Below are positions 51,476 to 64,000 of a stretch of DNA of 64,000 nt, piece by piece. The translations under genes were made by a program, and so were the position numbers. The first letter of the stretch is position 1. The number at the start of each line of letters is the position of its first letter. Origin of the DNA: an uncultured Gemmatimonadales bacterium (GTDB taxonomy: Bacteria > Gemmatimonadota > Gemmatimonadetes > Longimicrobiales > Gaopeijiaceae); contig CAWELD010000003.1 of the NCBI GenBank assembly GCA_963809895.1, positions 1,376,001 through 1,440,000 on the forward strand, in the 5' to 3' direction. The notes under the pieces were generated by a model that was given only the letters and a program-made list of their open reading frames with translations, made no database searches and was not told the origin of the DNA.

Positions 51476-52933
51476 ATGACCGAGATCCGGTACCCCGACC
51501 AGCTCTGGATCGCCAACGAGGCCCAGGACGCCGCCAGCGGTGACACCTTCGCCACCCGCAATCCCGCCACCGGCGAGGTCCTGACCGAGGTGGCCCGCGG
51601 CAACGCCGCCGACATCGACCGGGCCGTGGACGCGGCCCGGGCCGCCATGGCATCGGCCGGCTGGGCGCGCATGAATCCCCACAAACGCGCCGAGCTGATG
51701 TGGCGGCTGGCCGACCTGATCGAGGCCAACGCCGACGAGCTGGGCACGCTGGAGACCCACGACAACGGCAAGCCGTTCTTCGAGTCGCGCAAGGTGGACC
51801 TGCCCAGCGTGGTGGAGAACTTCCGCTACTTCGCGGGGCTGGCGGACAAGATCCAGGGAGCCACGGTGCCGGTGGCGGGCCCCTTCCTGAACTACACGCT
51901 GCGCGAACCCGTGGGTGTGGTGGGCTGCATCGTGCCCTGGAACTTCCCGCTCTCGCTGGCCGCGTGGAAGGTGGCGCCGGCCCTGGCGTGTGGGAACGCG
52001 GTCATCCTGAAGCCCGCCGAGGAGACCCCGCTCACGGCCATCCGCCTGGGCGAGCTGGCCGCCGAGGCCGGCTTCCCGCCAGGTGTGCTCAACGTGGTGC
52101 CGGGCTTCGGCGAGGAGGCCGGCGCGGCGCTGGTGGCGCACCCGGGCGTGGACGCCATCGCCTTCACGGGCTCCACCGAGGTGGGCAAGATCGTTGCGCG
52201 CACCGCCGCCGACACGGTGAAGAAGGTCTCATTGGAGCTGGGCGGAAAGTCGCCCAACCTGGTGTTCGCCGACGCCGACCTGGCGGCGGCCGTGCGGGGC
52301 GCGTCGACGGGCATCTTCTACGGCAAGGGCGAGGTGTGCGCCGCCGGCTCCCGGGTCCTGGTGGAGCGCGCGGTCTACGACGACTTCGTGGAGGCCTTCC
52401 GCCAGCGCGCCGACAAGATGACCGTGGGCGATCCCATGGATTCCGGGACCCGCCTCGGCGCCATCGTCAGCGAGCGGCAGCTCGAGCGCGTGCTCGGATA
52501 CGTGCGCGCGGGCAAGGACGAGGGCGCGCGCCTGGTCACGGGCGGCGAGCAGGCCTGGCTGGAGGGCAAGGGCAACTTCGTCACGGCCACGGTCTTCGCC
52601 GACGTGGAGCCCGACATGACCATCGCCCAGGAAGAGATCTTCGGGCCGGTGGCGGCCGTGATCCCCTTCGACGACGTGGACGACGCACTGGCCAAAGCCA
52701 ACCGGACCATCTACGGTCTGGCGGCGGGAATCTGGACCCGCGACGTGGGCAAGGCCCACCGTGTGGCCCGGGAGATCCAGGCCGGCACGGTCTGGATCAA
52801 CACCTACAACCAGTACGACTCGGCGTCGGCCTTCGGCGGCTACAAGCAGAGCGGCTACGGGCGCGACCTGGGCTACGAGGCCGCGCTGGAGAAGTACACG
52901 CAGGTGAAGAGCGTCTGGGTGGCCATGGACTGA
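51476..52933 (+). CDS. NAD(P)-dependent aldehyde dehydrogenase
   Basis: [34 protein letters not shown] and EEIFGP. Confidence 0.96.
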   Translation: MTEIRYPDQLWIANEAQDAASGDTFATRNPATGEVLTEVARGNAADIDRAVDAARAAMASAGWARMNPHKRAELMWRLADLIEANADELGTLETHDNGKPFFESRKVDLPSVVENFRYFAGLADKIQGATVPVAGPFLNYTLREPVGVVGCIVPWNFPLSLAAWKVAPALACGNAVILKPAEETPLTAIRLGELAAEAGFPPGVLNVVPGFGEEAGAALVAHPGVDAIAFTGSTEVGKIVARTAADTVKKVSLELGGKSPNLVFADADLAAAVRGASTGIFYGKGEVCAAGSRVLVERAVYDDFVEAFRQRADKMTVGDPMDSGTRLGAIVSERQLERVLGYVRAGKDEGARLVTGGEQAWLEGKGNFVTATVFADVEPDMTIAQEEIFGPVAAVIPFDDVDDALAKANRTIYGLAAGIWTRDVGKAHRVAREIQAGTVWINTYNQYDSASAFGGYKQSGYGRDLGYEAALEKYTQVKSVWVAMD

Positions 52934-53033
52934 CGCGCCCGAGCACCGCGTGCCCGACGGCGATCCCCGCAGCCGCCGCGGCAGTCGCTGCCCGACGCCA
53001 CCGACCCGACCACAACCGAGCGAAGTGAACGAC

Positions 53034-54230
<1,197 letters not shown>

Positions 54231-54263
54231 GCGCCCTTCCCCCTCCTCCGCACCCCGATTCTC

Positions 54264-55130
54264 ATGCGTGACATCCAGCGCGTGGCCGTCATCGGCGCCG
54301 GCACCATGGGCCATGGCATTGCCCAGGTCGCGGCCCAGGCCGGCTGCCAGGTCCTTCTCCACGACGTCTCCGGCGACGCCATCCATGCCGGTCTGGAGCG
54401 CATCGCCGCCAACCTGGACAAGGGCGTGCGCCTGGGAAAGGTGGACGCGGCCCTCCGCGACGAGACGCTCGCTCGCCTCTGGCCCGCGCCCGATCTCGCC
54501 GACGCCGTGGCCGAGGCCGATCTGGTCGTGGAAGCGGCCCCGGAATCCATGGACATGAAGCGCCGCATCTTCGGCGCCGTGGAGCCCGCCGCCCCCGACG
54601 ACTGCCTCCTGGCCACCAACACGTCGTCCCTTTCCATCGCCGACATCGCCGACATCCTGGACCGGCCCGAGCGCTTCCTGGGGCTGCATTTCTTCAACCC
54701 GGTCCACATCATGGCGCTGGTGGAGGTGGTCTGGGGCCCGGCGACCTCCGACGAGACGCTGGACGACGCCGTGGACTTCGTCCGTCGCATGGGCAAGGAG
54801 CCGGTAGTGGTGAAGGACTCGCCGGGCTTCGCGTCGTCCAGGCTCGGCGTGGTCCTGGGCCTCGAAGCCATGCGCATGGTCGAGGAGGGCGTGGCCACGC
54901 CCCAGGATATCGACAAGGCCATGGAGCTCGGCTACCGGCATCCCATGGGCCCGCTGAGGCTCACCGACCTGGTGGGCCTGGACGTGCGCCTGGGCATCGC
55001 CGAGTACCTCCACGAAGCGCTGGGCTCGGAGGCGTTCCGGCCACCGGACATCCTCCGGCGCATGGTGGCGGAGGGACGCACGGGCAAGAAGGCGGGCCAC
55101 GGATTCTACGACTGGACGGAGGACCGATGA
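54264..55130 (+). CDS. 3-hydroxyacyl-CoA dehydrogenase
   Basis: [21 protein letters not shown] and HPMGP. Confidence 0.95.
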   Translation: MRDIQRVAVIGAGTMGHGIAQVAAQAGCQVLLHDVSGDAIHAGLERIAANLDKGVRLGKVDAALRDETLARLWPAPDLADAVAEADLVVEAAPESMDMKRRIFGAVEPAAPDDCLLATNTSSLSIADIADILDRPERFLGLHFFNPVHIMALVEVVWGPATSDETLDDAVDFVRRMGKEPVVVKDSPGFASSRLGVVLGLEAMRMVEEGVATPQDIDKAMELGYRHPMGPLRLTDLVGLDVRLGIAEYLHEALGSEAFRPPDILRRMVAEGRTGKKAGHGFYDWTEDR

Positions 55131-55903
55131 GCGAGGTGTTGCTGGAGCGGCGCGACGACGGTATCGCGGTCCTCACCCTGAACCGTCCCGACAAGCTGAA
55201 CGCCCTGAACGAGGCCGTGCGCCAGCAGCTCATGGAGCACGTCGACGCCCTGGCCGAGGACGATGCGGTGCGTGTGGCCGTCCTGCACGGGGCCGGCGAC
55301 AAGGCCTTCGTGGCCGGGGCGGACGTGGCCGAATTCGCGGGCCGGAGCGCGGCCGAGCAACGCGAGGTCTATCAGCGACGCCGCGTCTACGATGCCGTGG
55401 CGGCATTCCCGAAGCCCATCCTGTGCGCGGTGCACGGCTACTGTCTGGGCGGCGGCTCCGAGCTGGCGCTGGCCTGCGACCTGCGGGTGGCGGACCGCAC
55501 GGCCCGCTTCAGCCAGGCCGAGATCCGCCTGGGGCTCATCCCCGGCGCCGGCGGCACGCAGCGGCTGGCGCGGCTCGTGGGGCCGGGCCACGCCGCCCGC
55601 ATCGCCCTCACCGGCGACATGATCGCTGCCGACGAGGCGCACCGCATCGGCCTGGTGGAGGTGCTGGTCGACGAGGGCCGGCACCTCGAGGCGGCGCTCG
55701 AGCTGGCCGGACGCATGGCCCGCTGGAGCCCGGTGGCGCTCCGGCTGGCCAAGAAGTCCATTCAGCAGTCCATGGAAGCTCCGCTGTCGGCGGGGTTGGC
55801 CTACGAGCGCGAGCTCTTTCTGGCGGCCTTCGCCAGCGAGGACGGCCGTGAAGGCGTACAGGCCTTCGTGGAGAAGCGCGACCCGAACTTCAAGGGGGAA
55901 TGA
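55127..55903 (+). CDS. Enoyl-CoA hydratase
   Basis: LNRPDKLNAL, AFVAGAD, GGGSELA and EIRLGLIPGAGGTQRL. Confidence 0.94.
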   Translation: MSEVLLERRDDGIAVLTLNRPDKLNALNEAVRQQLMEHVDALAEDDAVRVAVLHGAGDKAFVAGADVAEFAGRSAAEQREVYQRRRVYDAVAAFPKPILCAVHGYCLGGGSELALACDLRVADRTARFSQAEIRLGLIPGAGGTQRLARLVGPGHAARIALTGDMIAADEAHRIGLVEVLVDEGRHLEAALELAGRMARWSPVALRLAKKSIQQSMEAPLSAGLAYERELFLAAFASEDGREGVQAFVEKRDPNFKGE

Positions 55904-56130
55904 TGAGTCTGCGGACCGCCCGCACCCTGGCCGTCCTCTTCTTCGTGGCCGAGGCGGTCGCGCTGACCTGGCCCGGCATGACCCCCTTCAACCGGGTGCA
56001 CCCGTTCATTCTGGGGATGCCTTTCGCCATGGCCTGGGTCGCCCTGTGGATCACGGGTAGCGCGCTCGTGCTCTGGTGGATCGACCGGGTCGAGGCGCAC
56101 CATCGCCCGCGCGACCGGGGGGAGCACTGA
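55900..56130 (+). CDS. Small two-TM partner protein of a sodium:solute symporter
   Basis: NRVHPFILGMPF...W motif and position directly upstream of the SSS gene. Confidence 0.8.
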   Translation: MMSLRTARTLAVLFFVAEAVALTWPGMTPFNRVHPFILGMPFAMAWVALWITGSALVLWWIDRVEAHHRPRDRGEH

Positions 56131-57612
56131 TGGAGCGCTGGCAGATCGTCTCCATCGTCCTGTTCGCCTACCTGGCCGTGACGCTCTTCATCGGCCTCAT
56201 GGCCGGACGGCGCAGCTCGCACAGCGTCACGGGCTACGTCGCCGGCGACCGCAATTTCGGCCTCCTGATCATGTATTTCGTGACGGGAGCCACGGTCTTC
56301 AGCGCCTTCGCCTTCCTCGGTGGACCGGGCTGGGCGTACTCCCGGGGCGCCGCCGCTTTCTACATCCTGGCCTACGGCGCCCTGGGGATGGCGCCCTGGT
56401 ACGTCCTGGGCCCGCGGGCGGCCGCCGCCGGGCGCCGCATGGGTTTCGTGACCCAGGGGCAGCTCGTCACCGGGCGCTTTCCCTCGCGCGAGATCTCCGT
56501 GCTCATGGCCCTGCTCTCGCTGGCCGCCTTCGTCCCCTACATCACGCTCCAGATGCGGGGCGCGGGCATCGTCATCGAAGCGGTCACCGACGGGCACATT
56601 CCCGCTGTGGGCGGGCGCCGCGCTGGCGTACGGCATCGTGTTGCTCTACGTGCTCACCAGCGGGGTGACGGCGGTGGGATGGACCAACACGTTCCAGGGG
56701 ATCTTCATGATCGTCATCGCCTGGACGCTGGGGCTCTACCTGCCCTTCAAGCTCTACGGGGGCGTGGGCCCCATGTTCGAGCGCATCGCGGCCGAGCGCC
56801 CCGATCTGCTCACGGTGCCCGGCCTGGCCGCTGACGGCTCGCCCTGGAGCTGGGGTGGCTACTCGTCGGCGATCCTGGTGAGCGCCATCGGCCTCAGCAT
56901 GTGGCCCCATCTGTTCATGAAGGCCTTCACGGCTCGGGACGACGAGATTCTCCGGCGCACGGTGGTGCTCTTTCCGACCTTCCAGCTATTCCTGATCCCC
57001 GTGTTCCTGATCGGCTTCGCGGGCGTGCTCTTTCCGGGCGAGCCGCCTGCGCCGGACTTCATCCTGCCCTTCATGATCCTGGGCACCAGCCTACCCCCGC
57101 TGGTGGTGGGACTCTTCTGTGCCGGAGCGCTGTCCGCCTCCATGTCGACGGGCGACGCGCTCCTACACGCCGCGGCCTCGGTGACGGTGGAGGACGGCGT
57201 GGGCGCGTTCAAGAAGCTGGACGACGCCGCGCAGCGCCGGCTCATCCGTATCCTGGTGGTGGTGACGGGCGTCGTCGCCTACTGGTTCGCCCTGGACGAG
57301 GATTCGTCGCTGGTGGTGTTGCTGCTCACCTCGTACGGGCTGATCGCCCAGCTGGCCCCGCCGGTGTTCGTGACGCTCTTCTGGCGCCGGGCCACGACGC
57401 CGGGCGTGCTCGCGGGACTCGTGGCGGGCTCGGCGGCCGCCATCTTCTTCTTCGCCAATCCGGAGCTGCGCGTCTGGGACCTGCACGAGGGCATCCTCGG
57501 GCTCCTGGTCCACATTCCGGTGCTGATCGGGGTCAGTCTGGCGACGCCGGCTCAGTCACGGGCGCACGTGGACGCCTTCGTGCCCTCCGCGGCGGCGGCG
57601 GAAGGGGGATGA
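56130..57612 (+). CDS. Sodium:solute symporter family protein; one frameshift near 56602
   Basis: FSAFAFLGGPGWAY, AVGWTN and ALSASMST; the two ORFs join as GHIP/LWAGAALAYG on removing one C. Confidence 0.9.
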
Positions 57613-57615
57613 GGC

Positions 57616-57936
57616 ATGGCTGACGCCGAGGCCCGCCTCGCCGAGCTCCGCCGGCGCATCCTGGAGGTCGACGAGACCCTGGTGAAGCTCGTGGGCGAGC
57701 GCCGGGCGCTGGTGCTGGAGGTGGGTCACCTCAAGGAGGGCCTGGAGCTTCCGGTCATGGACCCGGCCCGGGAGGCCGAGGTGGTCCGCCGGGCAGCGTC
57801 ACTCGCCCGCGAGTCCGGCGTGGACGAGGAGCTGGTCCGGGACGTGATCTGGAGGATCATCGCATCGGCGCGGGACGCCCAGGAAGGACGCACCCGCTGG
57901 GGGCCGCCGGACCCCGGGGAGAGGGACCCGGCCTGA
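57616..57936 (+). CDS. Chorismate mutase (AroQ type)
   Basis: LRRRILEVDETLVKLVGERR...K...PVMDPARE. Confidence 0.88.
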   Translation: MADAEARLAELRRRILEVDETLVKLVGERRALVLEVGHLKEGLELPVMDPAREAEVVRRAASLARESGVDEELVRDVIWRIIASARDAQEGRTRWGPPDPGERDPA

Positions 57937-57958
57937 GCCCGGCCTGACCCCGTCGACC

Positions 57959-59035
57959 CTAGTCGTCGTCGTCCGCTCGGTGGAAGCGGCCCCAGGGACC
58001 ACCACCCAACGCCGCCACCACGCGCTGCGTCGTCCCCACGGGAATCCGCAGCGGGTACGACGCGCCCGGGGGTGTCACACCCCGCACGAGATGCGGATTC
58101 AGAGCCCGGAGCATGGCCGCTTCCGAACCCACGGCCCGCGCCACCACCCCCAGCGAGGTGCCGCCCGGGACCCAGACCCGGTCGAACTCGTAGGGCCGGG
58201 CCGGCGTCACGTCGAAGCCGTTCAGGTCGGCGTCGCGGGCCAGCAGCGTGGCCGCCAGCATGCGCGGCACGTATTCACGCGTCTCACGCGGCAGATCGTG
58301 CTGGATGGACCAGTAGAGGTCTTCATCGCCAGCCGCCGCCTCTCCATCGGCGCTCGCCGTGGCCACCGAGGGCCGGCGGCGCAGGACACGGTCCACCCGG
58401 CCGGGCCCGGCGTTGTAGGCCGCCGCAGCCAGGTACCAGGATTCGTAGCGGTCGTGCAGCCACTGCAGATAGTCCAGGGCCGCGTCGGTGGCCTTGACCG
58501 GGTCCCGACGCTCGTCCACCCACTGGTCGACCCGAAGCCCGTACTGCCGGGCCGTGGGTCCCATGAACTGCCAGAGCCCCACGGCCGCCACCGACGAGGT
58601 GGCGCCCGACGAGAATCCCGACTCGATCATGGCGAGATACAGGAGCTCCTCGGGCATGCCGCGCTCGCGCAGCTTGTCGCGGATCAGCGACCCGTAGAGA
58701 CCTTCGCGGGTCAGGAAGCGCTCGAACGACCAGCGCTGGTCGGTCCTGAAGCGCTTCATCCAGTAGCGGACCCGCTCGTTGATCTCCATGGGGAGACGAG
58801 GCAGCGGTGCGTCCGCCACGCTGGGGAGGGCTCGCTCGTCCGCCACGGGATCCGTAGAGCCACCGTTGACAGCCCCCATGGCTCCGAGAGCCGCGGCGAC
58901 CATGAGGCCGACGAAAGCCAGGGACGGCGCCCAGGGAGCCTTTCCGAGGATGCCGCGAGCCGTGGTGGGAGCGGCGTCCGATCTATGCGCCGGTCCGCCG
59001 CGTCTTCGCGGGTCCCGGCTTTCTCGCATGTCCAT
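57959..59035 (-). CDS. MltD-like lytic transglycosylase
   Basis: LAMIESGF, AVGLWQFM, AAAAYNAG, ETREYVP and LRALNPHL; AGGAGG RBS before 59035. Confidence 0.92.
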   Translation of the reverse strand: MDMRESRDPRRRGGPAHRSDAAPTTARGILGKAPWAPSLAFVGLMVAAALGAMGAVNGGSTDPVADERALPSVADAPLPRLPMEINERVRYWMKRFRTDQRWSFERFLTREGLYGSLIRDKLRERGMPEELLYLAMIESGFSSGATSSVAAVGLWQFMGPTARQYGLRVDQWVDERRDPVKATDAALDYLQWLHDRYESWYLAAAAYNAGPGRVDRVLRRRPSVATASADGEAAAGDEDLYWSIQHDLPRETREYVPRMLAATLLARDADLNGFDVTPARPYEFDRVWVPGGTSLGVVARAVGSEAAMLRALNPHLVRGVTPPGASYPLRIPVGTTQRVVAALGGGPWGRFHRADDDD

Positions 59036-59300
59036 GCGTGACAGCCTCCTTGTCCATACCCAAGACGATCCCCGACGGCATGCCATCGCTGGCACGCCAC
59101 GAGGCGCGAGGGGGTTGGATGAACCGGCCCCGTGAGGGTCGGCGGGGGATTCCGTGGAATCCATCCCGACCATCGGGGCGGCGGGCGGCGCGGAGGTGTG
59201 CGGCCGGCCCGCTCGGCGGTATCAGAATGCGTACCGCCATTGGATACGAAAAGGTCCGTTCCGCGATTGCAGCGGAACGGACCTGCCCCCCGGAGGGGAG

Positions 59301-59555
59301 TTACTCGGCGGGGTAGACCGAGACGGCCTTGCGGCGCTGGTAGGTCTCGAAGGTCACGACACCGTCGATGGTGGCGAAGAGGGTGTCGTCACCGCCGCGC
59401 TTCACGTTGCGGCCGGGGTGGAACTTGGTTCCCCGCTGGCGCACGATGATGCCACCGGCCTTGATGCGCTCCCCGCCGTACCGCTTCACGCCCAGGTAAT
59501 TCGGATTGCTGTCGCGTCCGTTGCGACTCGAGCCGACACCCTTCTTATGAGCCAT
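59301..59555 (-). CDS. rpmA: 50S ribosomal protein L27
   Basis: [16 protein letters not shown]...IVRQRGT. Confidence 0.99.
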   Translation of the reverse strand: MAHKKGVGSSRNGRDSNPNYLGVKRYGGERIKAGGIIVRQRGTKFHPGRNVKRGGDDTLFATIDGVVTFETYQRRKAVSVYPAE

Positions 59556-59600
59556 CTTGACTCCTTGCGTCGTCGAAGAGGTTGCAGATCCGACGCGGGG

Positions 59601-59912
59601 TCAGACCACGACCTCGTCGACGCGAATTTCGGTGAATCCCTGCCGATGACCCTGCTTCTTGCGGTATCCCTTCCGGCGCTTGCGCTTGAAGACGATGACC
59701 TTGCGGTCCCGTCCGTGCCGGAGCACCTCCGCCTTCACGGAGGCGCCGTCCACCGTGGGCGCGCCGACTTTCACGTCGTCGCCGTCGGAGGCCAGGAGCA
59801 CCTGCTCGAAGGTCACCGAGTCGCCGGGCTCCGCCGCCAGCGAGGGCACGCGCAGGCGCCTGCCGGGCTGAGCTCGAAACTGTTTTCCGCCAGTCTTGAA
59901 TACCGCGAACAT
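59601..59912 (-). CDS. rplU: 50S ribosomal protein L21
   Basis: MFAVFKTGGKQF...KKQGHRQ. Confidence 0.98.
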   Translation of the reverse strand: MFAVFKTGGKQFRAQPGRRLRVPSLAAEPGDSVTFEQVLLASDGDDVKVGAPTVDGASVKAEVLRHGRDRKVIVFKRKRRKGYRKKQGHRQGFTEIRVDEVVV

Positions 59913-60070
59913 GGTCGGGTCCGCTGAGGGGTCCGATTTTGCCATACAGAGCCTGTTAATTTGGGCTCACCGGCCGATGGGGTCAACCCATGGCGATCCG
60001 CCCCACACCTCGCCGTCCAGGGACCCGCTCTGGAATCCCGACCGGCGGCGCCCCGTCGCTCTCCTGCCCG

Positions 60071-61600
60071 TCAGCGCACGACGTAGCGATCGGTGACGTC
60101 GGTCTCGGCGGGGCCCGCCAGGAGACGGAAGTCGTCCTCGGCCAGGAGCGGGTCGTCGCGCAGGTCGAGCTTCAGATGGGTCCTGCGCGCGAGGCGCTTC
60201 AGGTACTCGGGTTCCACCTCCAGCATCTGGAGCGCCACCTCGGGGTGGACCCGCACCACCAGGGCCTTCTGCTCGTCGGCGGCACCGGCGCGGACCAGGC
60301 TGCGTTCGATCCGTCGCAACACCGTCGCCGGCGAGTAGATCCGGCCCGTGCCGCCGCAGTGGCCACACGGTTGCGTGAGCGACTGGAAGAGCGAGGGCCG
60401 CACGCGCTGACGGGTCATCTCGATCAGGCCCAGGCCCGAGACCTCGAAGGCCTTGGTGCGGGCGCGGTCGCGTCCCAGGTGACTCCGAAGCTCGTGGAGC
60501 ACCTTGTCGCGGTTCTGCTGGGACTCCATGTCGATGAAGTCCACCACGATGATCCCGCCCACGTCGCGCAGGCGCAGTTGGCGGGCCACCTCGCGGGCGG
60601 CGTCCAGATTGGTGCGCAGGATCGTGTGCTCGGGATCCTTGCGCCCCGTGTAGCGGCCCGTGTTCACGTCGATGGAGACCAACGCCTCGGTGGGCTCCAC
60701 GACGATGTAGCCACCGGACGGGAGCTCCACCTTGCGCAGGAACGCCCGCTGGATCTCCTCCTCCACGCCTCTCCCGTCGAAAAGAGGCTCGTTGTCCTCG
60801 TAGAGGTGGATGCGGTCCAGGAGCTCCGGCGCCACGTTGGACACGTACTGACGGATCTCGTTGTAGATCTCCTTGGAGTCCACGGTGAGCCCGTCGAACT
60901 TGTCCGAAAAGAGGTCGCGGATCATTCCGCCGATGAGCTTGGCCTCGCCGTGCACGAGCGCTGGAGCCTTCTGCGACCCGGATCGGCGCTGGATCTTCTT
61001 CCAGTTGCCGTGCAAGCGCTCGAACTCCCGTTCCAGCGTCTGCCGCGTGACCTCCTCGCCCACCGTGCGCACGATCACGCCGCCGGAATCGGCGGGCACG
61101 ATCTCCTTGGCCATGGCCCGCAGGCGTCCCCGCTCGTCGCGATCGTCGATCTTGCGGCTGACACCCACGTGCGAGGAGAACGGCATGTAGACGAGGAAAC
61201 GGCCCGGGAGCGACACCTGGGCCGTAAGCCGGGGCCCCTTGGTGCCGATGGGCTCCTTGGTGACCTGGACGAGGATGTCCTGGCCCTTCTTGAGTTGGTC
61301 CTGGATGGGCGGGCCCTTGCTCCGGCTTCGGCGTCCGTTGCCGTTGCCGTTGCTGTCGTCGTCCTCGTCCTCCTCTGCGAGAAGGTCCGAGACGTGCAGG
61401 AATCCCGCCTTGTCCGTGCCGATGTCCACGAAGGCAGCCTGGATGCCGGGCAGCACTGCTTCGACCCGGCCCAGATAGATGTCACCGACCAATCGCCCCT
61501 GGTCGGGACGATCGAGCATGACCTCCACGAGCTGCTTGTCTTCGAGGAGCGCCACCCAGGTTTCCTTGGGCGAGGCGCTTACCAGAATCTCACGATGCAA
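60071..61600 (-). CDS. rng: Rne/Rng family ribonuclease (RNase G size)
   Basis: AAFVDIG, VQVTKEPIGTKG, IDVNTG and GGIIVVDFIDM. Confidence 0.93.
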   Translation of the reverse strand: MHREILVSASPKETWVALLEDKQLVEVMLDRPDQGRLVGDIYLGRVEAVLPGIQAAFVDIGTDKAGFLHVSDLLAEEDEDDDSNGNGNGRRSRSKGPPIQDQLKKGQDILVQVTKEPIGTKGPRLTAQVSLPGRFLVYMPFSSHVGVSRKIDDRDERGRLRAMAKEIVPADSGGVIVRTVGEEVTRQTLEREFERLHGNWKKIQRRSGSQKAPALVHGEAKLIGGMIRDLFSDKFDGLTVDSKEIYNEIRQYVSNVAPELLDRIHLYEDNEPLFDGRGVEEEIQRAFLRKVELPSGGYIVVEPTEALVSIDVNTGRYTGRKDPEHTILRTNLDAAREVARQLRLRDVGGIIVVDFIDMESQQNRDKVLHELRSHLGRDRARTKAFEVSGLGLIEMTRQRVRPSLFQSLTQPCGHCGGTGRIYSPATVLRRIERSLVRAGAADEQKALVVRVHPEVALQMLEVEPEYLKRLARRTHLKLDLRDDPLLAEDDFRLLAGPAETDVTDRYVVR

Positions 61601-61800
61601 TAGGATTCATCTCCGTAGTGTCGATCCCGGCTCCTCTCCCTGGCGACGTGGCGGCCGACCCGCACCCGTCCCGGACCCGCTGTCCGGGGCGGTGGAACGG
61701 CGACGCCCCACGTCGCATCGAGGCTTCCGGAGCCGTGCCCCCGAGGGCCGCTCGCCGGCCGGTCCGCCCCCGGCTGGGGCGGTCCGGCCAGCCGGCGATC

Positions 61801-63024
61801 CTACCGGGGCTGGCCTTCGAGGGTCTCCTGCAGGAGATGCCTCGCGATGACCAGTCTCTGGATCTCGCTGGTACCTTCTCCGATCTCGCACACCTTGGCG
61901 TCTCTCGCCATGCGCTCCACCGGATAGTCGTCGGAATAGCCCGCTCCGCCCATGAGCTGTATGGCCCGCAGGGTGGCCTTCATGGCCAACTCGGAGCAGA
62001 ACAGCTTCGCCATGGCCGCCTCCTTGGAGAACGGCCTCCCCGTATCCTTGAGCCAGGCGGCGTGGTAGGTCAGGTGCCGCCCGGCCTCGATCTCCGTGGC
62101 CATGTCGGCCAGGGGGAACTGAACCTGCTGGAACTCGAAAAGCCGCTTGCCGAACTGCCGGCGCTCGTTCACATACCGCAGAGCCGTGTCGAAAGCTCCC
62201 TGGGCGAGACCCAGGGACAGGGCGGCCACCCCGATGCGACCCGCGTCCAGCGTCTTCATGAAGTTGATGAAGCCCGCCCCTTCCTCGCCCAGGCGGTTCG
62301 CTTCCGGCACGTAGGCGTCCTCGAGGAGGAGCTCGCGTGTGTCCGAAGCCCGCCATCCCATCTTGTCCTCCTTCTTTCCGGCCCGAACCCCGTCGACGTA
62401 GTCGAGGTCTTCGGCGTGGCCCACTCCCACCGCCCGGGCCCGCTCCAGGTCCACGGTGGGCTTCGTCACCACGAAGGAGGTGATGCCCCGGGTGCCCGCC
62501 TCGGGCTCGGTCACCGCCGTCACCGTGAAGATCTCACCGACGCCGGCGTGGGTGATGAAGATCTTGGAGCCGTTGAGGCGATAGCCGCCGTTCTCGCGCA
62601 CGGCCCTGGTACGGCTGCCACCGCTGTCCGAGCCCGCTCCCGGCTCGGTGAGTCCGAACCCGCCCAGCACCCGTCCCGAGGCCAGGAGCGGAATCCAGCG
62701 CTGCTGCTGCTCCTCTGTGCCGAACGACAGGATGGGCGAAGTGCCCAGCGTCGTGTGGGCCGACACCGTGATGGAGTGGCTCGCATCGTGCCGGGCCAAC
62801 TCCTCCACCACCAGGATGTAGCTCAGGTAATCCCGACCCATCCCGCCCAGCTCCCGGGGTACGGGGACCCCCAGGAGCCCCATGTCGGCCATGGTGCGCA
62901 CGTTTTCCCACGGGAAGCGGGCTTCGGCGTCCAGCTCCCGAGCCACGGGAGCGATGGCCTGAAGCGCGAAATCCCGCACGCGCTGCTGGAGCGCGACGTG
63001 ATCCTCGGTGAGGTAGCGATGCAT
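61801..63024 (-). CDS. Acyl-CoA dehydrogenase
   Basis: FGLTEPGAGSD, LNGSKIFIT, RRQFG and IGEGTSEIQR. Confidence 0.95.
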   Translation of the reverse strand: MHRYLTEDHVALQQRVRDFALQAIAPVARELDAEARFPWENVRTMADMGLLGVPVPRELGGMGRDYLSYILVVEELARHDASHSITVSAHTTLGTSPILSFGTEEQQQRWIPLLASGRVLGGFGLTEPGAGSDSGGSRTRAVRENGGYRLNGSKIFITHAGVGEIFTVTAVTEPEAGTRGITSFVVTKPTVDLERARAVGVGHAEDLDYVDGVRAGKKEDKMGWRASDTRELLLEDAYVPEANRLGEEGAGFINFMKTLDAGRIGVAALSLGLAQGAFDTALRYVNERRQFGKRLFEFQQVQFPLADMATEIEAGRHLTYHAAWLKDTGRPFSKEAAMAKLFCSELAMKATLRAIQLMGGAGYSDDYPVERMARDAKVCEIGEGTSEIQRLVIARHLLQETLEGQPR

Positions 63025-63155
63025 GACAAGCGCGCGGGCGAGCCCGCTCCGCTGGAGTGTTCGTCCGGACGACCCTGAGAAGATACGTGACCCCTGGAGC
63101 CCCTCAAAGTGCCGCACGGCGACATCTTTCCCGCAGGCCCGCGCGGGCGTAGGCC

Positions 63156-64000
63156 TCACGAATCGTCCGGCATCGTGCCACAGCGGTCGCAGGCCCCGCA
63201 TCCGGAGCCCGGTCGTTCCTCGCCGAAATACGCCAACAGCCTGGTCCGGCGACACTGTCGAGCCCTGACGTAGCCGGCCATGGCTCCGAGTCGTGCCAGG
63301 GCCTGCCGTCGCCGCCTACGCGCCAATGCTCGCCAGTCCGGCGCGCCCCCCTGCCCGCCCGGCAGAAGCTCGTATCGGCGGAGGGCCCGTAGCAGACCCC
63401 GTGGATCCTCCGGCCGTCGTCGGGGCCAGCGCCAGCGCCGCTGGGCGGCCCTGCGCACCTGCTCCACCAGCGCGTCCCCTTCCGACGGATCCAGACCCTC
63501 GAGCCGACGCGCCAGCGCCTGCAGGCGGCGCGGAGGCGGGTGGGAGGCGTCCAGGAAGCGGCGCTCCAGGCGACCGTCGCCCGGTCCGTGCAGGACCACG
63601 CACCAGGCGCGGCCCCCGTCGCGGCCCGCCCGACCCGCCTCCTGGTAATAGGCCTCGAGCGAGCCCGGCGGAGCCCAGTGGATCACGCGCCGCACGTCGG
63701 GCTTGTCCACCCCCATGCCGAACGCGTTGGTGGCCACCACGAGCGGACAGGCACCCCCCAGGAAGCGCTCCTGCACCCGCGCCCGCTCGGCGGCGCCCAG
63801 GCCGGCGTGATAGGCTTCGGCGTCTCGCCCGCGGCGAGCCAGTCCGCGTCGGAGGGCATCGACCTGGCGGCGGGTGGTGGCGTACACCAGGGCCGGTCCC
63901 GGGCTGGCGTCGATCAGCCGCACGAGACGACGCCAACGCTCTCGTTCGTCGGCGACCCGCACCACCGCCCAGCCCAGGTTGGGCCGATCGAAGGAGGCCA
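63156..64000 (-). CDS. recQ: RecQ-family DNA helicase, C-terminal part (runs off the window end)
   Basis: SFDRPNL, YHAGL, ATNAFGMGVDK, YYQEAGRAGRDG and the CRR...CGACDRC zinc motif. Confidence 0.93.
   Translation of the reverse strand, partial: ASFDRPNLGWAVVRVADERERWRRLVRLIDASPGPALVYATTRRQVDALRRGLARRGRDAEAYHAGLGAAERARVQERFLGGACPLVVATNAFGMGVDKPDVRRVIHWAPPGSLEAYYQEAGRAGRDGGRAWCVVLHGPGDGRLERRFLDASHPPPRRLQALARRLEGLDPSEGDALVEQVRRAAQRRWRWPRRRPEDPRGLLRALRRYELLPGGQGGAPDWRALARRRRRQALARLGAMAGYVRARQCRRTRLLAYFGEERPGSGCGACDRCGTMPDDS

Noticed and set aside
56590..56615. Programmed ribosomal frameshifting at the frame breaks
   Set aside because: No slippery heptamers are evident, and these gene families are not known for recoding.

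Overview
High-GC bacterial chromosome segment. The PadR plus duplicated-permease (ADOP-type) pairs, Ig-like lipoproteins and codon style suggest Gemmatimonadota or a similar lineage, but this is inference. Ordinary content: two unrelated citrate synthases, acnA, an acyl-CoA beta-oxidation operon, rpmA-rplU-rng, a partial recQ, an MltD-like transglycosylase and tRNA-Leu(CAA). Main points of interest: (1) a seven-gene, fully overlapping operon (24.7-37.6 kb) joining a zinc-ribbon TRAFAC-type GTPase and a GAP1-like partner to LysM-like, peptidoglycan-binding-like and TPR membrane proteins, a ~1070-aa divergent SEDS (FtsW/RodA-like) protein and a class-B-like PBP with intact SxxK/SxN/KTG motifs, the best candidate for an undescribed system; (2) a split mutagenesis cassette (imuB, a separate ImuB C-terminal domain gene, recX, and dnaE2 3 kb away) whose two promoters each carry two TTCGG-N6-TTCGG boxes, a candidate LexA operator; (3) tandem integrase-less islands at tRNA-Leu marked by three copies of the tRNA 3' half, one carrying an orphan Rhs toxin tip with an HExxH partner gene; (4) a 2.8-kb lipoprotein islet between exact 53-bp direct repeats. 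At least six single-base frameshifts in otherwise intact genes point to assembly indel errors. All family calls come from reading motifs by eye; no database searches were run.
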